From Thalassotalea sp. (GTDB lineage: Bacteria; Pseudomonadota; Gammaproteobacteria; Enterobacterales; Alteromonadaceae), in assembly GCA_051251725.1 (NCBI GenBank), contig JBPOFN010000018.1, positions 15,811-79,810 of the forward strand: 64,000 nt of DNA, read 5' to 3'. How positions within the stretch are numbered: position 1 is the first letter of the stretch; every line of letters begins with the position of its first letter. This document shows positions 18,083-28,700 of the stretch, piece after piece. The translations under genes were made by a program, and so were the position numbers. Under the pieces are notes generated by a model, which had not been told where the DNA came from, ran no database searches, and saw nothing but the letters and a program-made list of their open reading frames with translations.

Positions 18083-19523
18083 AAAAGTTTTCTTACTCTA
18101 AGGGCTGTTGATCTTTCGAGATTGTTTTTGCAGCAGAATTGCTTATTCCTACATGTAGATCATTAAGATAATGCAGGAGCAATTGTCAAAAATGAGTAGG
18201 CTACACACTGCTCAAAGCGATTCAAATGGTTTAAAGAGCCGAACAAAATTTAACCGCGAATAATCAACAGTCCTCAGTGATATAGGTAATCAACAAAGAT
18301 TGAACTAACTCAGTCTTTGTTGATTAATTAACTAGATATTAGGTTAGCGCCTGTTGATCTTTGTTTGAATTTTATACGTAAGCGCTGATCTCATATAATT
18401 TACTTCAGTAAAAAAACTCGCCCTCGGGAACGCATAGGCATCATGATAAAGGCACAAAATCTTTTTAATATAGAATGACTATATCTAAACTCAGCTCTGG
18501 TTAAAGGGTTTTATAACCCATTGATTAAATGTTTAAAATATTTAATACACGTAGTTTATCAGTAGATTAATGGTTAATTATCTAACCCTGAGGTGAAATT
18601 TAAGTGCTTAGAAGGCTTTTTACAAACCAATAGCTGGATTTGGGCGTAAAAATACGGTTTTTATTCCCGATAAAAACCAAGTACCTGCATCCATCTATGT
18701 AGGTAAAGCAGGTAACACAGATCAGCGATTAAATAACATTATAGGGTAAAATAGCTTAACCGGATCTGAGGTTAACTATCTTGAACATAGACAAACAACA
18801 GAAGAAATATTGTTATCGCTAATAAAGGTTTCAATAGTGAAGCCATCAAGGAAAAGTTTATGTACGAAATTGAAACCCAGTTATACCTAACAAACAAAAT
18901 CAAAAACAGATAATGGTGATATTGTGCTTATATATGGCACTTTTTCAAAGCTATAGTACTGCCGTTTTATAGCGACAAGAGACAATAAATTAAAGCTACA
19001 ATTTCAAAGTGTGTTAGCACTGGCATTTATGATGATTTGGCTGCCATTGTCCAAGTTCAACCCTAGATAAAAATCCTACTGTAGATATTAAAAACACCTT
19101 GAGTGGGAATGCTGAATTTCTATGGAATTGTGTTTATGAACTCACAAACATTCGTAAGTTAAAAGCTGAGATTAAAGCGTTATCGAACAGTCATTTATTT
19201 ACTTCGAGACATTATTGTTACTTTTGTAAAACCTTACTGGTTTTTAACATTAATCATACAAAGTACAACAGTAAATTAAAGTCTAATAGAATATGGCAAT
19301 GTAAATATATGTAAATAAAAAGGTTAAAGTTGATTAAAAAGGCAATATGTTTAATTATATTTAATAATCTTTGTGTCGGTGTTCATAAAATTAAATTTAC
19401 TCCCCTTATAACAAGGTAAGTATCAAGGTGATTTTGTCATATTTCCGATTAAACAGATTACTTAGTGGGATTTTATACAATGATTTACCCCAAGAATAGT
19501 GCTGTTTATTATATGTAATTAGG

Positions 19524-22500
19524 ATGTTCGTGAATGTTATGAAAAGTGAAACAATAAAACCTTACTTTTTTATCGTCAGCTTGTTAAGTGTTGTCCTTGC
19601 CGGCGGTGTACTTGCAATAGTCACTATTTTATCACCTTTAGATGGTGTTTCGGGCGAGGGCGTATTACGATTTTTTGGTCGTTTTCACCCCTTAGTATTA
19701 CATTTTCCAATTACTTTATTGGTGCTTGCTTTAGGTTTTGAATTATTACGGTTTTTATCTAAGCCTTGGGCTCGTTGGTCAGCTATTGGTCTTCCTTTGC
19801 TTGTATTAGCTGTGATCACCGCTTGTATAACGGCAACACTTGGTGTGTTGTTGGCTGCGAATGAAGGGCATATGGGAGCACTGGTTGAAAGACATCGATT
19901 ATTAGGTATTTCTGTTGCTGTTCTGGCTATCCTAGCATTAGGTTTACGTTGGTTATCAGCTAAAGTTAAGTCAAAGCAAAGCAGTTTACGGTTAACTTCT
20001 TTAGCGACATTATCGCTTACTTGTTTTGTGATGATGATCGCTGCCCATGATGGCGGCAGTATGGTTCATGGTGCAAGTTATTTATCGCAATACGCGCCAG
20101 CGCCATTAAAAAGTCTATTAACACCTTCGTCAGTTGTTAAACATTCACCTGACGAAGCAAAGAGTTTATCTTCAGCAAAGTCACCTAATTCAGAGAAACT
20201 AAATACAGAAATACTAAATACTTATCATCACGATATTGCGCCTATTCTCGAGCGTAACTGTAGTAGTTGTCATGGTGACAGTAAACAAAAAGCAGGCATT
20301 CGGTTTGATCAACTTAGTCCTGCAATGGAAACTGATCATGAAGTTGAACTGTGGTCGTCTGTTCGTGATGCGCTAAATTCTCATCAAATGCCGCCCAAAG
20401 AAGAAGGGCGTCAACCGAGTAGTGCCGATCGGCAAAAAATTGTCAACTGGATTGGCACGGCATTTAATCAAGTTGCTAAACAGCGTTTGGATAAAAGAGT
20501 GTCGCCAATGAGAAGGCTGACAGTCAATGAATACCAGCATACGCTGCAAGATTTATTTAGCACAGAATTCACGTTTGGGGCGAACTTACCCTCAGCTCCG
20601 ATATCAGAACATGGCTATTCACGCGATGCTAAACTGGTTAGCGTATCGGCCTTAGAGCTTGAGTACTTTTTAGATATCGCTCGCGAGAGTGTTGAAAATT
20701 ATGTCATTTTTGGAGAACGGTTACCTGAAATCGAACATTTTTTAATTGAGTTTGAAGATGTCAAATATCGCCCAGGTGTCGATGGTGGGTATTCGGTTGA
20801 TAAGCCTTTAACTGCACAAGCGCTAGCTAAAAAACGTCAAGCTAGAGAGCCAAATCCGGTGGTTTATTCGCCAAGAACACTATTCCCGCTACCTGATGGC
20901 CCCGCTTTAGCGAGCACTTTATTGCAGCGTTCGGTATTACAAAAGTTCAATGGGCAATATGCCAAGTTTAAGAGTAATCAACCTCACCAAGCTGGCGAGA
21001 TGATTGTCAGAGTGCATGCTGCAGCAAAAAAAGGCGATGACGGCTCTGTTCCGCGTTTACGGTTTATATCAGGCAACCCCGAAAGTGCTGGTTTTAAAGG
21101 TCCTATCGCTGGTGAATGCGACGTCACCGCCACGGTTGATAATCCACAAATTTGTACTTTCCGATTACCACTGAGATCATTGCCGGTTGATTTTGGTGAA
21201 AAAGGCAAGCTACTTCAGTTTTTTGTTTTTAATGTGTCTCATGATCCCGATGCCATTTTTGATATTGTGCCAGAGGGCTTGAACTTTCACCCTAAAAGAC
21301 GTGGCTTAATGTCGCGTTATCGTAAGAGCCAAGCAAAAGCGATTATTAGCAAGGCGACTATGCGTGAAGCTGGCGTCAATGAGCTGTATTTAGATGCGAT
21401 CGAAATTGATATTGTGCCGTTTGGCGCTGATATTGAAAATAGTGTTAATGCATTTCGAATTGATGCACTGCGTGCTAATCAAAATGGCGGAATTAATGCG
21501 CGAGAGGTAGCGCAGGAGTCGCTACAAGAATTTATGACACGAGCTTATCGCCGCTCAATATCCGCATCTGAATTGAACTCGATGCTTGCTTTATATGATC
21601 AGTTTATCAATGAAGGTGATAGCTTTGAGGGAGCGCTGAAAGAAACCTTTAGTACGGTGTTAGTGTCGGCGCCATTTTTATATGTTGTTGCTCCTTTAGC
21701 ACAAGAGGTTGCAGAGCAAATATCTGAAGAAGAACGTATTCAGTTCGCCGCCAGACTTTCTTACTTTCTGTGGAATGGCCCACCGGATGAACGTTTACGA
21801 GAGCTTGCCGCTCAAGATAAGCTTCGTGATCCTGGGTTACTTGCCGCTGAAGTCAATCGTATGTTGGCTGACGAAAGATCTCGTCGCTTTAGCAGTAATT
21901 TTGCAGAGGAGTGGTTACGCTTAGATAAATTTGATTTAGTGGCCGTTAACCCTGAGTTCTATCCTCGATATGATCAAGATTTGGGTAACGATATGGTTAA
22001 AGAAACTATTGCTACTTTCCAAGATATTTTTCATAACAATAAAGATAGCCGTGAACTGGTTGCCTCAGATACCGTGTACATAAATCAACGCTTAGCGCGT
22101 CATTATGGTTTACCTACAGTTGAAGGAGGCGAAATGCGTCCTGTTAAAGTACCTGATTATCGTACCCGAGGCGGGTTGCTACATCAGGCGTCGATTTTAA
22201 CTATGACAGCAGACGGCGCTGAGTCTAATCCTATTTATCGCGGGGTTTGGGTGTTAGAGCGTTTGTTAAATGATCCACCACCACCTCCACCGCCAGCAGT
22301 TCCTCCCCTTGATACGACAGCGGATGATTTTGCTTCATTGACCCTGAAACAAAAGATTGAGCTGCATAGAAAACAAAGTGCATGTTCGGCTTGTCACGCT
22401 AAAATTGATCCTTGGGGCATTGCCCTTGAGAATTTTGATGCGATAGGTGCATGGCGTGATGCATCTTTGATCATTAATGCCAATACCTCTGAACAGTCAT

Positions 22501-22847
22501 TTTTTCCTGTCGATAGTAGTACCGTTTTACCGACAGGTGAAGAAATTCAAGATTCAAAGGAGCTGATGAGTTATTTATTTAACGAACGAGCAGATGAATT
22601 CACTCATGCTTTAACGTGGCATATGATGACTTACGCTTTAGGACGTGAACCCAATTTAGGTGATGAAAAAGATTTAGAAACCATTCATAGCCACTTCCGC
22701 GCGTCAGGGTATAAATTATCGGCTTTAGTGTTAGCGATTATTCAGAGTGAAGCTTTTCAAGCCAACCCTGCTGTGAATGCAAAACCTAAGAATAAAGCTA
22801 AACCAAATACCTTACACACTCAAATTGACACCAGTCAAATTAAATAG
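19524..22847 (+). CDS. membrane-anchored cytochrome-c-motif protein of the DUF1587/DUF1595/DUF1592/DUF1588/DUF1585 (planctomycete PSCyt/PSD) architecture
   Basis: 1107 aa. The N-terminal ~190 aa contain five hydrophobic helices with conserved His (FGRFHPLVLHFPI, AAHDGGSMVHG; DUF2231-like). Then come CSSCH (20259..20273), RRLTVNEYQHTLQDLF, AYRRSISASEL, ARLSYFLWNGPPDERL and FAEEWLRLD. These are followed by RGGLLHQASILTMTA..NPIYRGVWVLERLLNDPPPPPPP and CSACHAKIDPWGIALENFDAIGAWR (22383..). Confidence 0.85.
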   Translation: MFVNVMKSETIKPYFFIVSLLSVVLAGGVLAIVTILSPLDGVSGEGVLRFFGRFHPLVLHFPITLLVLALGFELLRFLSKPWARWSAIGLPLLVLAVITACITATLGVLLAANEGHMGALVERHRLLGISVAVLAILALGLRWLSAKVKSKQSSLRLTSLATLSLTCFVMMIAAHDGGSMVHGASYLSQYAPAPLKSLLTPSSVVKHSPDEAKSLSSAKSPNSEKLNTEILNTYHHDIAPILERNCSSCHGDSKQKAGIRFDQLSPAMETDHEVELWSSVRDALNSHQMPPKEEGRQPSSADRQKIVNWIGTAFNQVAKQRLDKRVSPMRRLTVNEYQHTLQDLFSTEFTFGANLPSAPISEHGYSRDAKLVSVSALELEYFLDIARESVENYVIFGERLPEIEHFLIEFEDVKYRPGVDGGYSVDKPLTAQALAKKRQAREPNPVVYSPRTLFPLPDGPALASTLLQRSVLQKFNGQYAKFKSNQPHQAGEMIVRVHAAAKKGDDGSVPRLRFISGNPESAGFKGPIAGECDVTATVDNPQICTFRLPLRSLPVDFGEKGKLLQFFVFNVSHDPDAIFDIVPEGLNFHPKRRGLMSRYRKSQAKAIISKATMREAGVNELYLDAIEIDIVPFGADIENSVNAFRIDALRANQNGGINAREVAQESLQEFMTRAYRRSISASELNSMLALYDQFINEGDSFEGALKETFSTVLVSAPFLYVVAPLAQEVAEQISEEERIQFAARLSYFLWNGPPDERLRELAAQDKLRDPGLLAAEVNRMLADERSRRFSSNFAEEWLRLDKFDLVAVNPEFYPRYDQDLGNDMVKETIATFQDIFHNNKDSRELVASDTVYINQRLARHYGLPTVEGGEMRPVKVPDYRTRGGLLHQASILTMTADGAESNPIYRGVWVLERLLNDPPPPPPPAVPPLDTTADDFASLTLKQKIELHRKQSACSACHAKIDPWGIALENFDAIGAWRDASLIINANTSEQSFFPVDSSTVLPTGEEIQDSKELMSYLFNERADEFTHALTWHMMTYALGREPNLGDEKDLETIHSHFRASGYKLSALVLAIIQSEAFQANPAVNAKPKNKAKPNTLHTQIDTSQIK

Positions 22848-22850
22848 GGG

Positions 22851-24236
22851 TTGATGATGAAACATATCAATGAACTTAACCGTAGAAAGCTTCTGAAACT
22901 TGGTTTAGGTGGCCTAGCATTGCCGCCACTGGCGTCGCTATTAGGTACTTCTAATTTAGCCCATGCTGATAACTTAGCATCGGCTACAGGCACGGCGACT
23001 AATAAACCCGTCAGGCTAGTGACTATCTTTTTCCCTAATGGTGTGTCATTACCACCAGAGAATGACGCTAGCTTTCCCGATTGGCATTGGTTTCCCCACA
23101 AAGCGGGTACGGACTACACCTTAACTAAATCACTTGAGCCGCTTTCGAAACATCGCAGTAATTTATCAATTTTGTCTGGTTTTTCTCATCCAGAGTTACG
23201 ATCGGTTGTGCCGCATAGCTGTGCCACCAAATGGCTCACGAGTACGGTACCACCTAAGGGTTCAAAAAATCTAATGAGTTTCGACCAAGTGTTTGCCGAG
23301 CAGATTGAAGGGGCGACACGATTTTCATCACTTGCTTTATCTGCTGCTGGAGGCGCCGGTAGTCTTGGCCGTCCGGCTACCTTGTCTGTTAACCGAAATG
23401 GCGCACTTATTCCGTCTTTGTCTGAGCCCAAACAAATATTTGATCGTTTGTTTTCGGTAGATTCTGGAGGGATAGAACAGCGTCGACGAGGTATTGTGCG
23501 TGATCGCACTATTCTCGACCGTATCAGCTCACAATTAAACCAAAGTAATGTTAGGGTTGGTTCAGAAGATAAAAGACATCTTGATGCTTATTTAAACGCA
23601 ACCCAGACGCTAGAAAAGCAATTAGCAAGAGCCAATGACTGGCTTGATGTGCCAAAACCAGAGGTTGATGCCAGGCTTTTTGATTTTGATTCAGAGCCAA
23701 CTCGCGATCTTGGCACAAACTATATGCGAACTATGTTTGACTTAATTCATATGGCACTGCTGACGGACTCAACTCGTGTTGTCACTTATCAAACGTCAAT
23801 GGAAAATGCGGGTGGGCGTGGTAATCAATTACCCTATGCAGCAGGTTTGTCGTTACATCATCATCAGTTAACTCACAGCGCGGCAAGAGATAAGGGCGGT
23901 TGGGAGCGTTGGGCTAAGTATGATCAATATTTAGCCGATCGTTTTTCTGAATTTTTGACCAAAATGGCAGACACACCGGATCCGTTAGCTGAGGGCAGTT
24001 TGCTTGATAATACGGTGGTGCTTTATGGCTGCGGTACCAGTAAAACCCATGTTGGCAGAAACTATCCGTTAATTGTTGCTGGTGGTAAAAACGTCGGCTT
24101 AAAACATGGTGCTTTCCATAAATTTGAAGAAGAACGCCCCTTTAGTGACGTACTACTAACGCTATTACAACAATTAGGGGTTGAAACAGACAGTTTTGGT
24201 GATAGTGAAAATATAGTTTCTGAGATTTTGGCGTAA
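22851..24236 (+). CDS. Tat-exported DUF1552 (HxxSH-motif) family protein
   Basis: 461 aa. Twin-arginine signal NRRKLLKLGLGGLALPPLASLL. Blocks VTIFFPNG, LSILSGFSHP, HHHQLTHS, TVVLYGCGTSKTH and PLIVAGG. It starts 3 nt after the upstream stop; the track start is TTG 22851 and there is an ATG at 22854. Confidence 0.85.
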   Translation: MMMKHINELNRRKLLKLGLGGLALPPLASLLGTSNLAHADNLASATGTATNKPVRLVTIFFPNGVSLPPENDASFPDWHWFPHKAGTDYTLTKSLEPLSKHRSNLSILSGFSHPELRSVVPHSCATKWLTSTVPPKGSKNLMSFDQVFAEQIEGATRFSSLALSAAGGAGSLGRPATLSVNRNGALIPSLSEPKQIFDRLFSVDSGGIEQRRRGIVRDRTILDRISSQLNQSNVRVGSEDKRHLDAYLNATQTLEKQLARANDWLDVPKPEVDARLFDFDSEPTRDLGTNYMRTMFDLIHMALLTDSTRVVTYQTSMENAGGRGNQLPYAAGLSLHHHQLTHSAARDKGGWERWAKYDQYLADRFSEFLTKMADTPDPLAEGSLLDNTVVLYGCGTSKTHVGRNYPLIVAGGKNVGLKHGAFHKFEEERPFSDVLLTLLQQLGVETDSFGDSENIVSEILA

Positions 24237-24238
24237 GC

Positions 24239-25585
24239 TTGATGGCTAAACAATTATTATTTTTATGGTGTTTAACGAGTTTATATTTTTCGGTATTGGG
24301 CTCCGTAGTTGCGCAAGAGTTTAGTTTTCCGTTTAAAGCATTATCAGAAGAACCGCCTTATTATCATGTGCGCTATCCAGCCTCAGATAAACCGGATGAA
24401 CTTGTTTTTGCTGTCAATTATACCGTTTGGCTACCGCCTCAAGCTGAAAAAATTCGAGCGGTGATTGTCCATCAGCATGGTTGTGGTATTGGCGCTGCTT
24501 ACACAGGATTAACCGGTGCCTTTGATTTACATTGGCAGGCGCTAGCGAAAAAACATCAGGCAGCACTGTTAAGTGCGGCCTATGAACAAGCTAAAGGTAA
24601 ACCATGTCCAAACTGGGCCGAGCCACGCAATGGTTCTGAAGCTGTTTTTCTTAAAGCTTTAAAAGATTTAGCACTAAAATCAGGTCATGATGAATTAGCC
24701 TCAGCACCATGGGCGTTGTGGGGGCATAGTGGTGGTGCTGTTTGGGTTGGTGGAATGACCTTACTACATCCCGAACGAGTAGTCGCATTATGGATGCGCT
24801 CAGGCTCGTTTGACCTTCAGTCGGATTCCCAACCAGCCGGTGATGGCGTTTATTCACTAACGGATGATGCGTTGGCTGTACCTATCATGTTAAATCAGGG
24901 CCAAACGGAAGGTATTACAGATGCTACCAGTCGGCATGCGCATGTTTGGCCGCGAAACCAAAAAGTATTTCACGCGATACGTGGCAAAGGTGGTCTTATT
25001 GCTCATTCGGTGGATTTAATAAGCGAACATCAAAATGGCAATCAGCGCTATCTCGCTATTCCTTGGTTTGACGCTATTTTAAGTGCACGGTTGCCTAAAC
25101 ACGTTGGTGAGTCACTTCGAGACATGCCGGTTGACGATGTGTGGCTTGCGCCTTTATTAGGCGCTAAAGCTGTTCCTATGGCAGAATATAAAGAAGATAA
25201 AACCGCGGCTGTTTGGCTACCTAATAAAACCATCGCAAAAGCGTGGATGAGCTATATGCAAGACAATGCTGTTGCCGATATAACCCCACCACCAGCACCT
25301 AACAAGCTATTGATAAAAGATAATAAGTTAACATGGACGGCTGAAGCGGATCTTGAAAGTGGCTTGGCCTATTTTATCGTTGAACGTGATGGTAAATTCC
25401 TCGCTAAGGTCACAGGTAGTGATGTTAAAATGCTCGGCCGTACGATTTTTCAAACCCTCTACAACAGTGATTCACCCAGACAACCCTTACCTAAAATGAA
25501 ATTTACCGATACTACGGCGGTAACAGGCCAAACATATAAATATCGGGTGATTACAGTTAATACGGTAGGTTTAAAATCAAACTAA
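24239..25585 (+). CDS. secreted alpha/beta-hydrolase (serine esterase candidate) with C-terminal fibronectin-III-like domain
   Basis: 448 aa with a signal peptide. AVIVHQHGCG and nucleophile elbow LWGHSGGAVW. The C-terminal PPPAPNKLLIKDNKLTWTAEADLESGLAYFIVERDG...YKYRVITVNTVG is FN3-like. It starts 2 nt after the DUF1552 stop. Confidence 0.75.
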   Translation: MMAKQLLFLWCLTSLYFSVLGSVVAQEFSFPFKALSEEPPYYHVRYPASDKPDELVFAVNYTVWLPPQAEKIRAVIVHQHGCGIGAAYTGLTGAFDLHWQALAKKHQAALLSAAYEQAKGKPCPNWAEPRNGSEAVFLKALKDLALKSGHDELASAPWALWGHSGGAVWVGGMTLLHPERVVALWMRSGSFDLQSDSQPAGDGVYSLTDDALAVPIMLNQGQTEGITDATSRHAHVWPRNQKVFHAIRGKGGLIAHSVDLISEHQNGNQRYLAIPWFDAILSARLPKHVGESLRDMPVDDVWLAPLLGAKAVPMAEYKEDKTAAVWLPNKTIAKAWMSYMQDNAVADITPPPAPNKLLIKDNKLTWTAEADLESGLAYFIVERDGKFLAKVTGSDVKMLGRTIFQTLYNSDSPRQPLPKMKFTDTTAVTGQTYKYRVITVNTVGLKSN

Positions 25586-25647
25586 TTACAGTTTGACACT
25601 AGATTTGATGCATTGTTAGGTATTGTGTACAGCATTATTAACAAAAA

Positions 25648-25678
25648 ATGAAACACTCTTTTAACTCATGACCAATAT
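25648..25678 (+). promoter_or_regulatory. diverged copy of conserved intergenic element (core ATGAAACA..ACT.ATGAC.AAT)
   Basis: atgaaacactcttttaactcatgaccaatat aligns with the cores at 53405.. and 56428.. (atgaaacagtctcacgactgatgacaatta / atgaaacagttttatacctgatgacaatta). It lies ~115-145 nt upstream of the start of 25792..29619. Confidence 0.4.
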
Positions 25679-25791
25679 ATAAAACAATAATAAATTAACC
25701 GTATCAAGGGTCGCAACATTCTTCAACTTATCTTGTGGGTAACGTTAGGGGAAAATTAAGTGACTGATATCAATTAGTGAAATAAAAGCGT

Positions 25792-28700
25792 ATGAATTTA
25801 AAAGAAATAATAAAACCTATCTCATTACTAATGAGCTTGGCCCTATTAATTATGATATTAGCCTTGTTAATACCTTTTAATGGTGTCAGTGGCGATGGCA
25901 TAACCCGTTTTTTCGGTCGGTTCCATGTATTGGTATTGCACTTTCCTATCACTTTAATAGTCTTGATACCTATATTAGAATTAGTGCAACGTAAAAAACA
26001 CCTTCAAAACGTAACCGACATTATTCTTTTAATTTGGTGGTTCGCAAGTATTTCAGCATTTATTACGGTATTGCTGGGCATGACTTTAGCTGCTAATGAA
26101 GGCTTCGATTTTGAAAAAATTCAATATCATTTAATTGCAGGTATTGTTGTCGCTATACTGACGTTTACTTGTACAGGGTTAAAGTATGTTATATCAAAAC
26201 GCGTTAATTCAAATACAAAGTTTGCGTCTACTAACCAAAAAAGCACGTCAATATTAACGACTTTTTACACTACATTGTCGGTAGTTTTATTATGTGCATT
26301 AATCATTGCTGCACATGCCGGCGGAAATTTGGTACATGGTGACACCTATTTAACACGTTATGCACCACAAGCGATTAAGTCATGGTTACCGGAAGAGAAA
26401 CAGGCTATCGATTTAAGCCAAGTCAAAGATCAGCATTTTGTTAAAAAGGTGCAGCCGTTAATCCAGCAATATTGTTTTAGCTGTCATGGTGATGATAAGC
26501 AAAAAGGCGGTATTCAGCTATCAGTACTAAACCCTGATTTTATTAATGGCCATGATGCACCCCAGTGGCATGGCGCATTAGATATGATCAACAGTGGAGA
26601 AATGCCACCAGCAAAAGAACAACAACCCAGTGATGAAGAAAGACAGATAATCGTTGATTGGTTAACGGGTGGTATTAAATTAGCAAAAGAGAGTAAAAAA
26701 GGTAAAAGCAAACAAGTTATTCAGCGATTAACCAAACAACAATATACTAATACCTTGCAAGACTTGTTGGACGTGAAGATAAACTTTGGCGTTGAACTGC
26801 CAGATGATCCGATATCTGAAATTGGTTTTAGCAATAATGCCGAGTTATTAAGCTCATCAACCTTACATTTAGAAACGTTTCAAAAGATTGCGCGCAATGC
26901 GCTAGAGCAAGCCATTAATATTGGCGAAAAGCCGCCAGTTCACCATTACCGCATGCATTTTGGTAAAGGGATTGGTAAAGGGCAGCCGAATACAACTTCT
27001 AGAGGCTACTTAGACTTACCCGTTAGCCAAGATGATTTTTTTGTTGAAATACTATCAGAAAATAACGAGGCTAAATCAGGTGAAAGTGTTGAAAAGTTAA
27101 AGAAATATTTCAGTGCAAGTATGCGTGGTTCTGATCCCAAAAGACTACAAATAAAAGAACAAGGTATTACTTTACTGTCGGCTTTACCACATAAAGAAAC
27201 AACGGAAGGCGGGCAATATGGTGCATGGCACGGTCCTTCACCTAATCTAGCGATGCAAATTAAGGATCAATATCCGAGTGAAGGCGCTTTTGCTATTCGA
27301 GTGAAAGCTTCTAAGGGGGAAACCTTTAATTTACCTTTGATCAATGCAACCTCATTAACGAATGCTAAGTCTCTGGTGAATTTAGATAAAAAAAAGGTTC
27401 CTAAAAAACAACCCAAAAATGGTAGAAACACGCTCGTATTAGCCAGCACTAAGTTTAAAAATGTTCAAGGTTTGGTTAAATCAAAAAATTTAGCAAGAAC
27501 GTTAATTCCTGATAATAGTAGTTCACATATTGCGGGCGAAATCACCGTGGACGTGCCTTATCGAGGCTCTGATTATTTTCAAATTGATCTGGTTCACCCT
27601 GAAGTGAGCGCTGACGCAATGAGCAGTATTACTTTAAGTATCAATGATGAGATAACCTTTAATTCCCCTATATTTCCCACAGGTAAAGCCAAGCCTGGTG
27701 AGTTAGTTACATCAAGTATTGGTATGGCTTATCTTATTCGCGATAAAAAAATAAAAGTAAGTATCAAAAGTGATGCTAATTTTTCAGGTTTTAGTGACAT
27801 AGTATTCACTAAAATTAATGGTGATAATGAGCATGTAAACTCATTAAAACTTGATTATTACGACAACAGTAAATTTGCTAATGCAAAAGCAGAATTAATC
27901 CCTTATATCGGCTCAAGAACAGATGACGGTATGGATTATAAAACCTTTAGTGACAGTGTCACCGTCACTAATAGTACAGAGCATGAAAAAATCTATAGCT
28001 TTTATGGCCGTTTAGAAAATTTGCCGATACCGCCTCATGGTACGCAAGGTAACCACATTACCAACAGTAGCCTTAAAGTGGGGTTGTGGAATCATAACTT
28101 AGTTAAAAAAGACACTGAATTGGGTAGTTCATTACATATTGATTATATTGAATTTGAAGCGCCATACTTTGAAAAATGGCCAAGTCAAACTCACCAAAAT
28201 ATTTTTATTGAATCAAATCAGTCAAACAAGACAAGCGAGCCAGAAGTTTATGCGAAAGAAGTTTTGCAAAACTTTATCACTAAGGCTTATCGAAGACCGG
28301 TAACGGAAGATGAACTTGCACTGTATATGAATTATTGGCTGGGTATTAAAGGTGATTATCCTGTTTTTGAAGAAAGCATTAAAGAAACGTTAGTCGCAGT
28401 ATTGTCGTCGACAAACTTTCTTTATTTAGCCGAGCCTGAACAAGATGAAATATTAGCGAATACCTCGCTTAAAGATGCTGATACAACACAGTCATCTGAG
28501 TCTTTAATTAGCAGTGTCATAGGTATTTCTACAGCTAATGCAAGTACGCAATCTATTGCCGAAAAAGGTAAGCCTAATAGCGAATATGCATTGGCGAGTC
28601 GCTTATCTTACTTTTTATGGAACTCACCGCCAGATGCTGAATTACTCAGCCTTGCTAAAACGGGGCAACTTTCTGCTCAGTTACCCCAACAAATTGAACG

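Noticed and set aside
19099-19314. 71-aa ORF in the 1.4-kb gap (MSGNAEFLWNCVYELTNIRKL...).
   Set aside because: Cys/Lys/Asn-rich AT-driven composition, no RBS and no recognisable motif. It is probably not coding. The gap is reported as an ORF-poor region instead.
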